64,000 nt of DNA from Bacilli bacterium (GCA_050953065.1 JBMNLZ010000003.1:32001-96000), one strand, 5' to 3'; positions 41,449 to 51,527 are shown, numbered from the stretch's first letter. Program-made: numbers and translations. The notes: a model not told the origin generated them from the sequence alone.

Positions 41449-41877
41449 TTAATTAGTCGTTGCAAAAGTCATTTCTGCTTCGCACACTAATTTTTCTCCT
41501 ACATAGGCTTTTCCTTGTCCAATTCCTACATTATTTTTTAATTTAATTACTTCAAATTCTAAATTCATTACATCACCAGGTACTACCTTTTGTCTAAATT
41601 TAGCATTTCTTATTCCAGCAAAATACGCTATTTTTCCCTTTTGATGTTCAAGCGATAATACAATTATAGCTCCAAGCTGAGCTAGAGCCTCAATAATTAA
41701 AACTCCTGGCATTACATGTTCTTCTGGAAAATGTCCTAAAAACTGCATTTCATTGGCAGAGACTGCTTTAATACCCTTAGCTTTTTCACCTGGTATCAAT
41801 TCAGTAACTTTATCTAACATCAAAAAAGGATATCTATGCGGGAGAATTTTTTGAATCTCATTGCTTGATAAAACCAT
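41449..41877 (-). CDS. fabZ: 3-hydroxyacyl-ACP dehydratase
   Basis: LPHRYPFL, GHFP...MPGVLIIEALAQ. Confidence 0.96.
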   Translation of the reverse strand: MVLSSNEIQKILPHRYPFLMLDKVTELIPGEKAKGIKAVSANEMQFLGHFPEEHVMPGVLIIEALAQLGAIIVLSLEHQKGKIAYFAGIRNAKFRQKVVPGDVMNLEFEVIKLKNNVGIGQGKAYVGEKLVCEAEMTFATTN

Positions 41878-41878
41878 T

Positions 41879-43120
41879 TTATTTACCTCCAATATTTTTA
41901 AAAACTAAAGTTGCGTTTTGACCTCCAAACCCTAAACTATTGCTTAAAGCATATCTTATATGTCTTTTTACAAATTTATCAGGTGTGTAATTCAAATCAC
42001 AATCTGAATCTTTTTCTTTATAGTTAATAGTAGGAGGAATTATGCCTTCTTCAATTGCTTTGACAGTAATTACTGCCTCAATTCCACCTACTGCTCCTAA
42101 GCAATGCCCATGCATTGATTTTGTTGCTCCAATATTTATTTTGTATGCATAATCTTTAAAAACTTTTTTAATTCCCAAAGTTTCATATTTATCATTATAA
42201 ATAGTTGATGTTCCATGTGGATTAATATAATCTATTTCATCATTTCTAACTTCTCCTTCAGCCAAAGCAAGTTCCATACAATTAGAAATCCCTTCAGCTA
42301 AAGCATCGGGTGCTGTAACATGAGAAGCATCACAAGTTGCTCCATAGCCAACAATTTCTGCATAAATATGAGCACCTCTTTTTATTGCATGTTCATATTC
42401 TTCTAAAATTAAAACTCCAGCACCTTCTCCCATAACAAAACCACTTCTCCTAGCATCAAAAGGAATAGATGCTTCATCTTTATTATTAGAAAAACATAAA
42501 GCTTTCATAGAAGTAAAACTTCCAATACCTATATCATTAATTGATGCTTCGCTACCACCAGCAAAAGCTAAATCTAAATAACCATGTTTAATATATCTAA
42601 AAGCCTCACCAATTGAATTAGTAGCTGAAGAACAAGCCGTTACAACAGGAATTGCTGCTCCTTTTGCTTTAAATTTAATTGCTACTTGTCCACCAACTAA
42701 ATTAATTAATGCATTTGGAATGAAGAAAGCTGATACCCTATCAGCGCCTTTTTCAACTGATTTTTTAATTTCATCATTTATTGTTCCAAGCCCACCAATT
42801 CCACTTCCAATAAAAGTGCCAAATCTTCTTTCATCAATCATCTCTGGCTTAAGAGATGCATCTTCATAAGCTTGAATTGCTGCAATCAAACCAAACATAA
42901 TTGTTCTATCCATTCTTTTAATTTCTTTTGGTTCTAAATAAAGTTCTGGTTTTAACCCCTTAACTTCAGCTGCAATCTTTACTTTCATATTTGAAGTATC
43001 AAACAAGGTAATATCATCAATCCCATTTTTACCTTCTAAAAGTGCCTTCCACATTTCTTCAACATTATTACCAATTGGAGTTACAGCTCCAAGTCCTGTA
43101 ATTACTACACGTCTTTTCAT
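41879..43120 (-). CDS. fabF: 3-oxoacyl-ACP synthase II
   Basis: TACSS, GFVMGEGAG, HGTST, KSMHGH, GFGG. Confidence 0.96.
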   Translation of the reverse strand: MKRRVVITGLGAVTPIGNNVEEMWKALLEGKNGIDDITLFDTSNMKVKIAAEVKGLKPELYLEPKEIKRMDRTIMFGLIAAIQAYEDASLKPEMIDERRFGTFIGSGIGGLGTINDEIKKSVEKGADRVSAFFIPNALINLVGGQVAIKFKAKGAAIPVVTACSSATNSIGEAFRYIKHGYLDLAFAGGSEASINDIGIGSFTSMKALCFSNNKDEASIPFDARRSGFVMGEGAGVLILEEYEHAIKRGAHIYAEIVGYGATCDASHVTAPDALAEGISNCMELALAEGEVRNDEIDYINPHGTSTIYNDKYETLGIKKVFKDYAYKINIGATKSMHGHCLGAVGGIEAVITVKAIEEGIIPPTINYKEKDSDCDLNYTPDKFVKRHIRYALSNSLGFGGQNATLVFKNIGGK

Positions 43121-43128
43121 ATTGCCCC

Positions 43129-43875
43129 CTACATTACCATTCCGCCATCAACATTGATAACCTGACCAGTTATATAATCACTTAATGATGAAGCTAAAAA
43201 GCATACTATATTAGCAACATCTTCTACAGTTCCAAATTTATTTAGTGGAATATTTTCTAAATATTGATTAATTATTGCTTCTGGCAATACTTTAGTCATT
43301 TCTGTTTCAATAAATCCAGGAGCTATCGCATTAACTAAAACATTCCTTTTTGATAATTCTTTAGCTAATGCTTTAGTAAGACCAATAACTCCAGCCTTTG
43401 AAGCTGCATAATTAGATTGCCCAGCATTACCTACCAACCCAACAATTGAAGAAATATTAATAATTCTTCCAAAGCGTTGTTTGCTCATATATTTAGCAGC
43501 TTGTTTACTACAATTCCATGTTCCTTTTAAATTAGTCGCAAGTACTTTATCAAAATCCTCTTCTGACATTCTCAAAATAAAATTATCTGCTGTAATTCCT
43601 GCATTATTTACTAAAATATCAATTTTTTCATATTTTGAAAAAACTTGATCAACTAAATTAGTTGCTTCTAGAAAATTAGAAACATTGGCTTTTATTGCAA
43701 TAGCTTCTTTTCCCATTGCCATAATCTCATCTACTAAAGCATTCGCTTTAGCCTCACTTGAATTATAGTTAATAATAACTGTTGCTCCTGCCTCGGCTAG
43801 TTTTTTTGAAATAGCATTTCCAATTCCACTAGCCCCACCTGTAACAAGAGCGATTTTACCATTTAAATTTATCAT
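43129..43875 (-). CDS. fabG: 3-oxoacyl-ACP reductase
   Basis: TGGASGIG, NNAG, YAASK. Confidence 0.95.
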   Translation of the reverse strand: MINLNGKIALVTGGASGIGNAISKKLAEAGATVIINYNSSEAKANALVDEIMAMGKEAIAIKANVSNFLEATNLVDQVFSKYEKIDILVNNAGITADNFILRMSEEDFDKVLATNLKGTWNCSKQAAKYMSKQRFGRIINISSIVGLVGNAGQSNYAASKAGVIGLTKALAKELSKRNVLVNAIAPGFIETEMTKVLPEAIINQYLENIPLNKFGTVEDVANIVCFLASSLSDYITGQVINVDGGMVM

Positions 43876-44801
43876 AATATCCCCCTTAATTTTTCAATAT
43901 CCTCTAAAGAGTTTATAGATACAGTCTCTACATTTTCATCAATTTTCTTTACTAAGTTCTTTAACACCTGTCCTGGACCAATTTCAACAAACAAATCAAA
44001 TTTATCATCAATCAATTTTTTTATAGAGTCTTCGAAATAAACAGATGATTCTACTTGCATTTTCATCTTCAAAGGCAATTCTTCAATTTTTAAATATTTA
44101 GCATCACAATTCATAATAACTGGAGTATGAAAATTATTATACTTAATTTTTTTAAGTTCTTCTTCAATTCCTAAAGCAGCACTATTCATTAATGGAGTAT
44201 GAAAAGCTCCGCTAACTTTTAATTTTATAAACTTTTTTATAAAAGCTTCTTCTTTTCTTTCTATTACTTCATCTACTGCGTTATTAACCCCAGATATCAC
44301 ATACTGAGTCTTGCAATTATAATTAGCTATTTTTACTAAACCAACTTTAGAAGTTACATCATCACATAACATTTCTAATTTCTCTTTTTCGCTTGTAAAA
44401 ACAGCTGCCATAGTTCCATGATTTTCATAAGTGGCTTTATCCATATAATATGCTCTTTTTCTAATTAACTCAACAATTTGTTTAAAATCAAAGATTCCAG
44501 CAGCATATAAAGCACTATATTCACCCAAACTAAAACCTAAGAATGCTTGAGATTTTATCTTTATTTCTTCTTTTAAAATTTCATAAATTGCCAAAGAAGT
44601 AACTAATATGGCTGGTTGAGTATATAGAGTTTGATTAATCATTTCATTTTCTTCAAAACAAATTTTAGATAAATTATATCCTAAAATTTCATTAGCATTT
44701 AAATATAAATTTTTTGCAGTTAAAGTATTATCATAAAACTCTTTTCCCATGCCAATAGTTTGCGCACCTTGCCCAGCAAACATTATTGCTATTTTTTTCA
44801 T
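43872..44801 (-). CDS. fabD: Malonyl-CoA:ACP transacylase
   Basis: GQGAQ, GFSLGEY, VSGAFH, EIGPG. Confidence 0.95.
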   Translation of the reverse strand: MKKIAIMFAGQGAQTIGMGKEFYDNTLTAKNLYLNANEILGYNLSKICFEENEMINQTLYTQPAILVTSLAIYEILKEEIKIKSQAFLGFSLGEYSALYAAGIFDFKQIVELIRKRAYYMDKATYENHGTMAAVFTSEKEKLEMLCDDVTSKVGLVKIANYNCKTQYVISGVNNAVDEVIERKEEAFIKKFIKLKVSGAFHTPLMNSAALGIEEELKKIKYNNFHTPVIMNCDAKYLKIEELPLKMKMQVESSVYFEDSIKKLIDDKFDLFVEIGPGQVLKNLVKKIDENVETVSINSLEDIEKLRGIL

Positions 44802-45730
44802 AGTATTTCTAATTTCTCCTTGTATTCTTTAACTGGCAAAAACAAGTCCTTAATAATATCTTCAACAGATTTTATTTCTTTAATCATTCCTGATACTTGG
44901 CCCGCCATAAATGAACCATTATCTATATCACCATCAATGACTGCCAGTCTTAAAGAACCTAAAGTTAATTTTTCTAATTCTTTAATATCAACATTTTGAG
45001 CTGATAATTGTAAGTATTCTCTAGCCATTTTATTTTTTAAAACCCTAACTGGGGCATTAGTAAAGCGACCAGTTACTACAGTATCAGTATCTTTAGCATT
45101 AATAATCATTTGTTTGTAATTATCATGAATAGGGCATTCTTTACTGGCAAGAAAAAGAGTTCCTATTTGGATTCCTTTAGCACCTAATGAAAAAGCTGCC
45201 AAAACTTGACGGTAATCAGCAATTCCACCAGCCGCAATCACAGGAATTGATACAGCATCTACTACTTGAGGAACTAAAGCCATAGTAGTTAACTCACCGA
45301 TATGACCTCCTGCTTCAGTCCCTTCTACAATTACTGCATCAACTCCAAGTCTTTCCATTCTTACTGCTAAGGCTACACTTGGTACAACAGGAATTACCGT
45401 AATCCCAGCCTCTTTCCATTCTTTAATATATATACCTGGACTTCCTGCTCCAGTAGTCACAACTTTAACTCCTTCTTCAATAATCATTTTTGCAATATCA
45501 CCAGCAAAAGGACTTAGAAGCATAATGTTAACTCCAAAAGGTTTATCAGTCAATTTTTTGCATAATCTAATTTCTTTTCTAATAACTTCAGCATTTTCAC
45601 CACCTGATGCAATTAAGCCTAATCCACCTGCATTACTCACACTTGAAGCTAAAATATGGTTAGCAATATTAGCCATCCCACCTTGAATTATCGGATATTT
45701 TATATTTAAAAGTTCACAAATGTTTTTCAT
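44798..45730 (-). CDS. fabK: Enoyl-ACP reductase II
   Basis: PIIQGGM, EAGGHIG, AAGGI, MAGQ; within the fab cluster. Confidence 0.92.
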   Translation of the reverse strand: MKNICELLNIKYPIIQGGMANIANHILASSVSNAGGLGLIASGGENAEVIRKEIRLCKKLTDKPFGVNIMLLSPFAGDIAKMIIEEGVKVVTTGAGSPGIYIKEWKEAGITVIPVVPSVALAVRMERLGVDAVIVEGTEAGGHIGELTTMALVPQVVDAVSIPVIAAGGIADYRQVLAAFSLGAKGIQIGTLFLASKECPIHDNYKQMIINAKDTDTVVTGRFTNAPVRVLKNKMAREYLQLSAQNVDIKELEKLTLGSLRLAVIDGDIDNGSFMAGQVSGMIKEIKSVEDIIKDLFLPVKEYKEKLEIL

Positions 45731-45869
45731 AGTTTTCTCCTAATGTTTATTTTAAAAAAATAAAACCCAGTAACGCAAGCAAAAAATAAAACCATTAATT
45801 TTTTTAAATTTTGTTTTAATTTTTTACATTTATTTACTGGGAAAATAATAACTTAATATATTGTTTAAA

Positions 45870-46682
45870 TTATATATCTTGGAATTGCCCTATAAGACGA
45901 TATCTTTTATATCTTTTTTCCAACAACTCATGAATTGGCACCTTCTTTAAATCTTTAAAAGCTTTTTCTAAAGATTTTTTAAAATCATTAAAAATTTCTT
46001 GATAATTATTATGCAAACCTCCATTTGGTTCTTTAATAATTTTATCAATAATTTTAAATTCATATAAATCATCAGCCGTAAGTTTCATTACTTCTGCCGC
46101 TTCACTTGTTTTACTAGAATCTTTGTATAAAATTGAAGCAAACCCTTCAGGTGATAAAATTGAGTAAACTGCATTTTCAAACATCCAAACTTGATCACTT
46201 ACTCCAATCGCTAAAGCTCCACCACTTCCACCTTCGCTTAGCACTACTGAAATCATTGGAACCTCAACAGTAATTAATTCAGTTAAATTTTGAGCAATTG
46301 CAGTTGCTTGACCACGCTCTTCTGCTTGTATCCCAGGATAGGCTCCTGGAGTGTCAATAATAAAACAAATTGGTCTTCCAAATTTTTCTGCTTGTTTTAC
46401 AAGTCTGATTGCTTTTCTATAGCCTTCAGGATGTGGCATTCCAAAATTCTTTTTTATTTTCTCTTCAATTGTTCTTCCTTTTTCTTGAGCAATAATCGTA
46501 ATAGGAAAACCACTTAAAGTAGTAATCCCACAAATAAATGATTCATCATCAGCAAATAGCCTATCGCCATGTATTTCAAGAAAATCAGGGAAAATATAAT
46601 CAATTAATGTTTTAGAGGTCGGTCTTTTTGAATGACGTGCTAAAAGCACCCTATCCCAAGCGCTGATATTTTTAGACTCCAT
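45870..46682 (-). CDS. accA: Acetyl-CoA carboxylase carboxyltransferase alpha
   Basis: HGDR, FGMPHPEGYRKA, DTPGAYPG, EGGSGGALA. Confidence 0.96.
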   Translation of the reverse strand: MESKNISAWDRVLLARHSKRPTSKTLIDYIFPDFLEIHGDRLFADDESFICGITTLSGFPITIIAQEKGRTIEEKIKKNFGMPHPEGYRKAIRLVKQAEKFGRPICFIIDTPGAYPGIQAEERGQATAIAQNLTELITVEVPMISVVLSEGGSGGALAIGVSDQVWMFENAVYSILSPEGFASILYKDSSKTSEAAEVMKLTADDLYEFKIIDKIIKEPNGGLHNNYQEIFNDFKKSLEKAFKDLKKVPIHELLEKRYKRYRLIGQFQDI

Positions 46683-46683
46683 A

Positions 46684-47556
46684 TTAAACCTCTTTTTTAT
46701 GTAATTTTAAAATTAAAGCAATTGTATCTCGCATCTTATGTCTTTCAACAACCAAATCAACAAAACCATTTTCTAATTGAAATTCAGCTGTTTGAAAGCC
46801 ATCCGGTAATTCTTCATTGATCGTTTGTTTAATAACACGAGGTCCTGCAAAGCCTATTAAGGCTTTAGCCTCAGCAATATTAATATCACCCAATGATGCA
46901 AAACTTGCTGCAACTCCACCAGTAGTCGGATTTGTTAAAACACTTATATATAATAATTTTGCAAGACTATGGTATTTTAAAGCTGCACTAGTTTTAACCA
47001 TTTGCATCAAAGAAAAAATCCCTTCTTGCATTCTAGCACCACCGGAAGCTGAAAAAATTATTAATGGTAATTTTTCTTTGGTTGCGAATTCTATTAGTCT
47101 TGTAACTTTTTCACCTACAGCACAACCCATACTCCCCATCATAAAATTACTATCTAAAGCACCGATTGCAACATCAATACCTTTAATAGATGCTTTTCCA
47201 CACACAAAAGCATCGCTTTCTTGACTTGACTCTTGGTATTGACTGATTTTATCTAAATAGCCAGGGAAATTAATGGGATTAGTTGTTTTAACATCTAAAA
47301 ACATTTCTTCTAAAATCCCCTTGTCAACAACACTTTGAATTCTTTCTCTAGCTGATAGTCTAAAATAATAATTACAATGAGGACATACATTCAAATTAGC
47401 TAATAATTCTTCATGAAAAATTAATTCATTACAATTTTCACATTTAATGAATAACCCCTCTGCAATATCAATCTTTTTTTTAACAACAACTTTTTTTCTT
47501 ATATTTTTATTAAATACATCTAATTTAGACTTTCTAACATCAAAAAAATTATCCAT
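46684..47556 (-). CDS. accD: Acetyl-CoA carboxylase carboxyltransferase beta
   Basis: CxxC..CxxC zinc finger, GSMG, SGGARMQEG, IGFAGPRVI. Confidence 0.96.
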   Translation of the reverse strand: MDNFFDVRKSKLDVFNKNIRKKVVVKKKIDIAEGLFIKCENCNELIFHEELLANLNVCPHCNYYFRLSARERIQSVVDKGILEEMFLDVKTTNPINFPGYLDKISQYQESSQESDAFVCGKASIKGIDVAIGALDSNFMMGSMGCAVGEKVTRLIEFATKEKLPLIIFSASGGARMQEGIFSLMQMVKTSAALKYHSLAKLLYISVLTNPTTGGVAASFASLGDINIAEAKALIGFAGPRVIKQTINEELPDGFQTAEFQLENGFVDLVVERHKMRDTIALILKLHKKEV

Positions 47557-48904
47557 TTCTTTGTACCTCTAGTGCTCTTTTTACAAATGAAGTATTGTAA
47601 AGCCCTTTTACAAATTCAGGATTATGGATAATTACATATAAAAAATCTATATTTGTAATAATTCCATCAATAATGAATTGTTCTAAAGCCACTCTCATTT
47701 TTTTAATTGCTTCTCTTCTAGTAGGTGCATGAACAATTAATTTTGCTAGTAATGAATCATAAAAAGGTGGAACTTCATAACCATTATAAATGTGTGAATC
47801 TACTCTAACCCCATTACCACCAGGGAATACTATATTATTAATTATTCCAGGTGAAGGTCTAAAATTATTTAAAACATCCTCAGCATTTATACGACATTCA
47901 ATTGCATGACCTTTTATCTTGACTCCATATTGCTTAAATGATAATTCACTACCATAAGTAATATTTAATTGTTCTTTTACTAAATCAATCCCAGTTACAG
48001 CTTCAGTTATAGGATGTTCAACTTGAATACGAGTATTCATTTCTATAAAATAAAACTTCCCATCTTTGTCTACAAGAAATTCTACCGTTCCTATATTAGT
48101 GTATTTTACAGCTTTTGCTAATCTCACAGCAGCAAACCCGATACTACGTCTAACCATAGGATTAAGAGATACACATGGTGATTCTTCAATAACTTTTTGA
48201 TTGTTTCTTTGCATAGAACAATCTCTTTCGCCAAGTTGAACTACATTACCAAAATTATCAGCTATAATTTGAACTTCAATATGTTTTGGATTTTCAAGAT
48301 ATTTTTCAATATATACTCCAGAATCTCCAAAAGCAGATTTTGCTTCTATTAACGTTTTTTCAAACATCTTTCTAAATTCAATTTCTGAATATACAACAGT
48401 AATGCCTCGGCCACCGCCTCCATTACTAGCTTTAATCATTGCAGGAAAGCCAATTTTATTTAAAACTGCTATCCCTTCTTCTAAACTATTTACAACACCA
48501 TCAGATCCTTCAATTATTGGAACTCTAGCCTGCTTTGCTATTGTTCTAGCATTTGATTTGTTCCCTAATTTAGCAATAACTTCACTATTAGGTCCGACAA
48601 ATTTTAAGCCACATTTTTCAATAATTGAAACAAATCTTTCATTTTCAGCTAAAAAACCATACCCTGGATGTATTGCATTACAACCTGTTGCTAAAGCTGC
48701 ACTGATAATACGATTAATATTTAAATAACTATCACTTGCTCTAGAATCACCAACACAAATAGCTTCATCAGCAAATTTTACATGTAAACTATTTTTATCA
48801 GCCTTTGAATAAACTGCTACAGTTGCGATACCTAATTCTTTACATGCTCTAATGATTCTTAAAGCAATTTCACCGCGATTAGCGATCAATACTTTATTTT
48901 GCAT
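47549..48904 (-). CDS. accC: Biotin carboxylase
   Basis: IANRGEIA, HPGYGFLAEN, GGGGRG, EMNTRIQVEH. Confidence 0.97.
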   Translation of the reverse strand: MQNKVLIANRGEIALRIIRACKELGIATVAVYSKADKNSLHVKFADEAICVGDSRASDSYLNINRIISAALATGCNAIHPGYGFLAENERFVSIIEKCGLKFVGPNSEVIAKLGNKSNARTIAKQARVPIIEGSDGVVNSLEEGIAVLNKIGFPAMIKASNGGGGRGITVVYSEIEFRKMFEKTLIEAKSAFGDSGVYIEKYLENPKHIEVQIIADNFGNVVQLGERDCSMQRNNQKVIEESPCVSLNPMVRRSIGFAAVRLAKAVKYTNIGTVEFLVDKDGKFYFIEMNTRIQVEHPITEAVTGIDLVKEQLNITYGSELSFKQYGVKIKGHAIECRINAEDVLNNFRPSPGIINNIVFPGGNGVRVDSHIYNGYEVPPFYDSLLAKLIVHAPTRREAIKKMRVALEQFIIDGIITNIDFLYVIIHNPEFVKGLYNTSFVKRALEVQRNG

Positions 48905-49319
48905 CGTCAATTAACATTAATACTTGTTCAAAGCCAACAGCCTCTCCGTTTGCAACATCAATTGCTATAATTTTACCAGAAACTGGCGCAGTAATTTCAT
49001 TAATTATTTTCATAGCCTCAATTATACATAAAGTATCCCCTTTTTTTACGTGTTTACCAATCTTTACGAAAGGTTCAGCATCAGGAGAACTTGAAGCAAA
49101 ATAAGTTCCAACTAATGGTGATTTTACTTCATATCCTATTTTATTTTTTTCTTCTTTAATAGGTTTTTCAATTTTTGGTATATTTACTTGAGTTATCGGC
49201 TGAACATTGGTATTATTTTTACCCAATTTTATTTTTACATTATCAAATTCTAATTCCATAGATGTTAAACTAGATTTTTCAAAATCTTTTATAATGACTT
49301 GGATTTGTTTGTAGTCCAT
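48894..49319 (-). CDS. accB: Biotin carboxyl carrier protein
   Basis: SPLVGT and IEAMK biotinylation motif. Confidence 0.96.
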   Translation of the reverse strand: MDYKQIQVIIKDFEKSSLTSMELEFDNVKIKLGKNNTNVQPITQVNIPKIEKPIKEEKNKIGYEVKSPLVGTYFASSSPDAEPFVKIGKHVKKGDTLCIIEAMKIINEITAPVSGKIIAIDVANGEAVGFEQVLMLIDDAK

Positions 49320-49364
49320 AACTCCCCCCTGTAAATATTTTAAACAAGTATTTTCTTTCTTTTA

Positions 49365-49589
49365 TTATTTATTATTTTCCAAATATTTTAAAATATCTCC
49401 AACTGTTTTTAATTCTGTAACTGCTTCATCAGAAATAGAAACTTCAAAAGCATCTTCAATACTCATAATTAATTCAACAGCATCTAAAGAATCAGCTCCT
49501 AAATCATCTTGTAAGTTAGTTTCTTTCGTAATTGATTCTTTTGATACACTTAATTCTTTTGCTATTAAATCTACTAATTTTTCAAACAT
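49365..49589 (-). CDS. acpP: Acyl carrier protein
   Basis: DLGADSLD phosphopantetheine motif. Confidence 0.96.
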   Translation of the reverse strand: MFEKLVDLIAKELSVSKESITKETNLQDDLGADSLDAVELIMSIEDAFEVSISDEAVTELKTVGDILKYLENNK

Positions 49590-49657
49590 ATTTATTCCTC
49601 CAGTTTTATATTTGCATTTTTATTTTAATAGTAATTGCAGAAAACGCAACTACATTT

Positions 49658-49685
49658 AGTTTACCATATTCATTCAACTTGTCAA
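49658..49685 (-). promoter_or_regulatory. Promoter of acpP-acc-fab
   Basis: TTGACA-16 bp-(TG)TAAACT, followed by leader hairpin GTAGTTGCG/TGCAATTAC. Confidence 0.55.
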
Positions 49686-49719
49686 TATTTTTGTATTAAT
49701 AAACACTAATATTTAACTA

Positions 49720-51066
49720 TTATAAGCAAATAGTCATATAAATTGGTAAAAAAATTATACCATCTTTAATATTTAAATCTTTTGTATGTATTAAATACTT
49801 TTTACCAAGTCTATCTTTAAATTTAGTATTAAATTTTTTTAAAGATGATAGGGTATATTTTTTCCCAGATTTCACTTCTATCGGTGAAATTTTAGTTGGA
49901 TCTTCTCTGTCTGTTATCAAAAAATCAATTTCCATAGTATTTGAATGATCTTGATTGTCAATTCTTGAATAAAAATATAATTTTTTATTTTTTACTGAAA
50001 ACATTTGAGAAACAATATTTTCAAAAATCATACCATTATTTACTTCAAGTTTATCTTGAATAATTTTTTTTGCTACTTCTTGATGCATTTCAGAGTTTTC
50101 ACTAAATGCATGGCTTATCAACAAGCCTGTATCTGCCATGTACACTTTTAAAGTCAGTCTATCTTGATTCATAGTTAATCCAACATTTGGATCAGAAGCA
50201 TTAAAACACAAGTTAGATATCATTGCTTCGTCTAGCCATAAAAACGATTCTTCATAATCTCTAAACCTTGCATCTTTTGCAAGAGAACTAAAAGTAAATT
50301 TTTTTTCATGCTTAGATAATTGTGATGGAATTTCATCAAATATACTTAAAACTTTATATTCATATCCTTTAGCATACTTAGCTATATCATTTTTATAAAG
50401 TTTTAAAATATCTCTTTTTATTAAATCAACCTTTGTATAATCAGAGGTTTTTAAATATTCTATTATGGCTTGAGGCATACCTCCAATTAATATATATTGT
50501 CTAAATAATTTCATAATTGTAGAATGAAGTTCAGCTAATGGTTTCAAATCATTGAAACGTTGCTCTATAATGGGAATTATGTCTTTCCTACCTAATGCCC
50601 AACAAAATTCTTCAAAATCAAAAGGATACATTTTAATCGCTCTTTCTTCAGATGGAAGCAAAATATTTTCAACATTTCTTTTAATTGAAAGCAACGATCC
50701 TGTTTCAATATAATCATAACGATTATCTTTAACTAAATGTTTTATTAATTGTCTAGCAATTGGAAACAATTGTATTTCGTCAAAAATAATCAATGAATTT
50801 CTTTCATATAATGTTACACCAGTGATAGATGTTAAAAAAAAGAAAAAATTATTAAGATCAGATGCATATTTCTTAAACAATGACTTTATATCTTCACCTG
50901 CTATACTAAAATCAATCATTATATATGATTTATATTCGTTTTTAGCAAATTCTTCAACTATTGTGCTTTTCCCTATACGCCTTGCTCCCTCAATTAAAAG
51001 TGCTGTTTTTCCATTTTCTTTTTTCCAAACTAATAACTTATCATAGATTTTACGTTTTAACATCAT
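49720..51066 (-). CDS. AAA_14 ATPase with C-terminal DUF4143 / PD-(D/E)xK nuclease-like domain
   Basis: Walker A GARRIGKS, Walker B IIFDE, TGSLL, GGMP, DTGL, FEN, EIDF...PIEVKS. Confidence 0.88.
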   Translation of the reverse strand: MMLKRKIYDKLLVWKKENGKTALLIEGARRIGKSTIVEEFAKNEYKSYIMIDFSIAGEDIKSLFKKYASDLNNFFFFLTSITGVTLYERNSLIIFDEIQLFPIARQLIKHLVKDNRYDYIETGSLLSIKRNVENILLPSEERAIKMYPFDFEEFCWALGRKDIIPIIEQRFNDLKPLAELHSTIMKLFRQYILIGGMPQAIIEYLKTSDYTKVDLIKRDILKLYKNDIAKYAKGYEYKVLSIFDEIPSQLSKHEKKFTFSSLAKDARFRDYEESFLWLDEAMISNLCFNASDPNVGLTMNQDRLTLKVYMADTGLLISHAFSENSEMHQEVAKKIIQDKLEVNNGMIFENIVSQMFSVKNKKLYFYSRIDNQDHSNTMEIDFLITDREDPTKISPIEVKSGKKYTLSSLKKFNTKFKDRLGKKYLIHTKDLNIKDGIIFLPIYMTICL

Positions 51067-51088
51067 ACTTTTTACCTCTTCTATATGT

Positions 51089-51117
51089 ATTATACCTAAT
51101 TTTTATTTTTTTATCAA
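51089..51117 (-). promoter_or_regulatory. Sigma-A promoter of the AAA/DUF4143 gene
   Basis: TTGATA-17 bp-TATAAT. Confidence 0.7.
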
Positions 51118-51121
51118 GAAT

Positions 51122-51218
51122 TTTTACACGTTTTTTACTTTTTCAAAACCACCATTTTACACGTTTTTTGCTTTTTTAAAACGTTATTTTGCACGTTTTT
51201 TATGTTTTCAAAATAATT
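51122..51218. repeat. Three imperfect tandem 32-33 bp direct repeats
   Basis: ttttacacgttttttactttttcaaaaccacca / ttttacacgttttttgcttttttaaaacgtta / ttttgcacgttttttatgttttcaaaataatt. Confidence 0.85.
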
Positions 51219-51248
51219 TTTTCTACATAAATCAAAATATAAAAATAA

Positions 51249-51271
51249 AAACCACTTTTAAAAAGTGGTTT
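51249..51271 (-). terminator. Terminator of tRNA-Pro/tRNA-Gly
   Basis: aaaccacttt/aaagtggttt stem with U-tract. Confidence 0.75.
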
Positions 51272-51281
51272 GATTTGTAAA

Positions 51282-51355
51282 TGGAGCAGGTAACGAGAAT
51301 CGAACTCGCATAGTCAGCTTGGAAGGCTGAAGTTCTACCATTGAACTATACCTGC
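51282..51355 (-). tRNA. tRNA-Gly (TCC)
   Basis: GCAGGTATAGTTCAATGGTAGAAC...CTTCCAAG...GTTCGATTC...CCTGCTCCA cloverleaf with encoded CCA. Confidence 0.97.
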
Positions 51356-51359
51356 AAAA

Positions 51360-51436
51360 TGGTCGGGAAAACAGGATTTGAACCCGCGACATCTTGGTCC
51401 CAAACCAAGCGCTCTACCAAACTGAGCTATTTCCCG
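51360..51436 (-). tRNA. tRNA-Pro (TGG)
   Basis: CGGGAAATAGCTCAG...CTTGGTTTGGGACCAAG...GTTCAAATC...CCCGACCA. Confidence 0.97.
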
Positions 51437-51475
51437 AAAAGTTTATGATTAAACATAAACCTATAGTGCTTTTAC

Positions 51476-51504
51476 ATTATAAACTATATTAACTAAAAAG
51501 ACAA
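51476..51504 (-). promoter_or_regulatory. Promoter of tRNA-Pro/tRNA-Gly
   Basis: TTGTCT-17 bp-TATAAT. Confidence 0.6.
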
Positions 51505-51527
51505 GCATTTTATTTAAAAATCATTTT

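Noticed and set aside
51122-51218. CRISPR array
   Set aside because: Only three degenerate 32-33 bp units with no spacer-length unique sequences and no cas genes; kept as a tandem repeat
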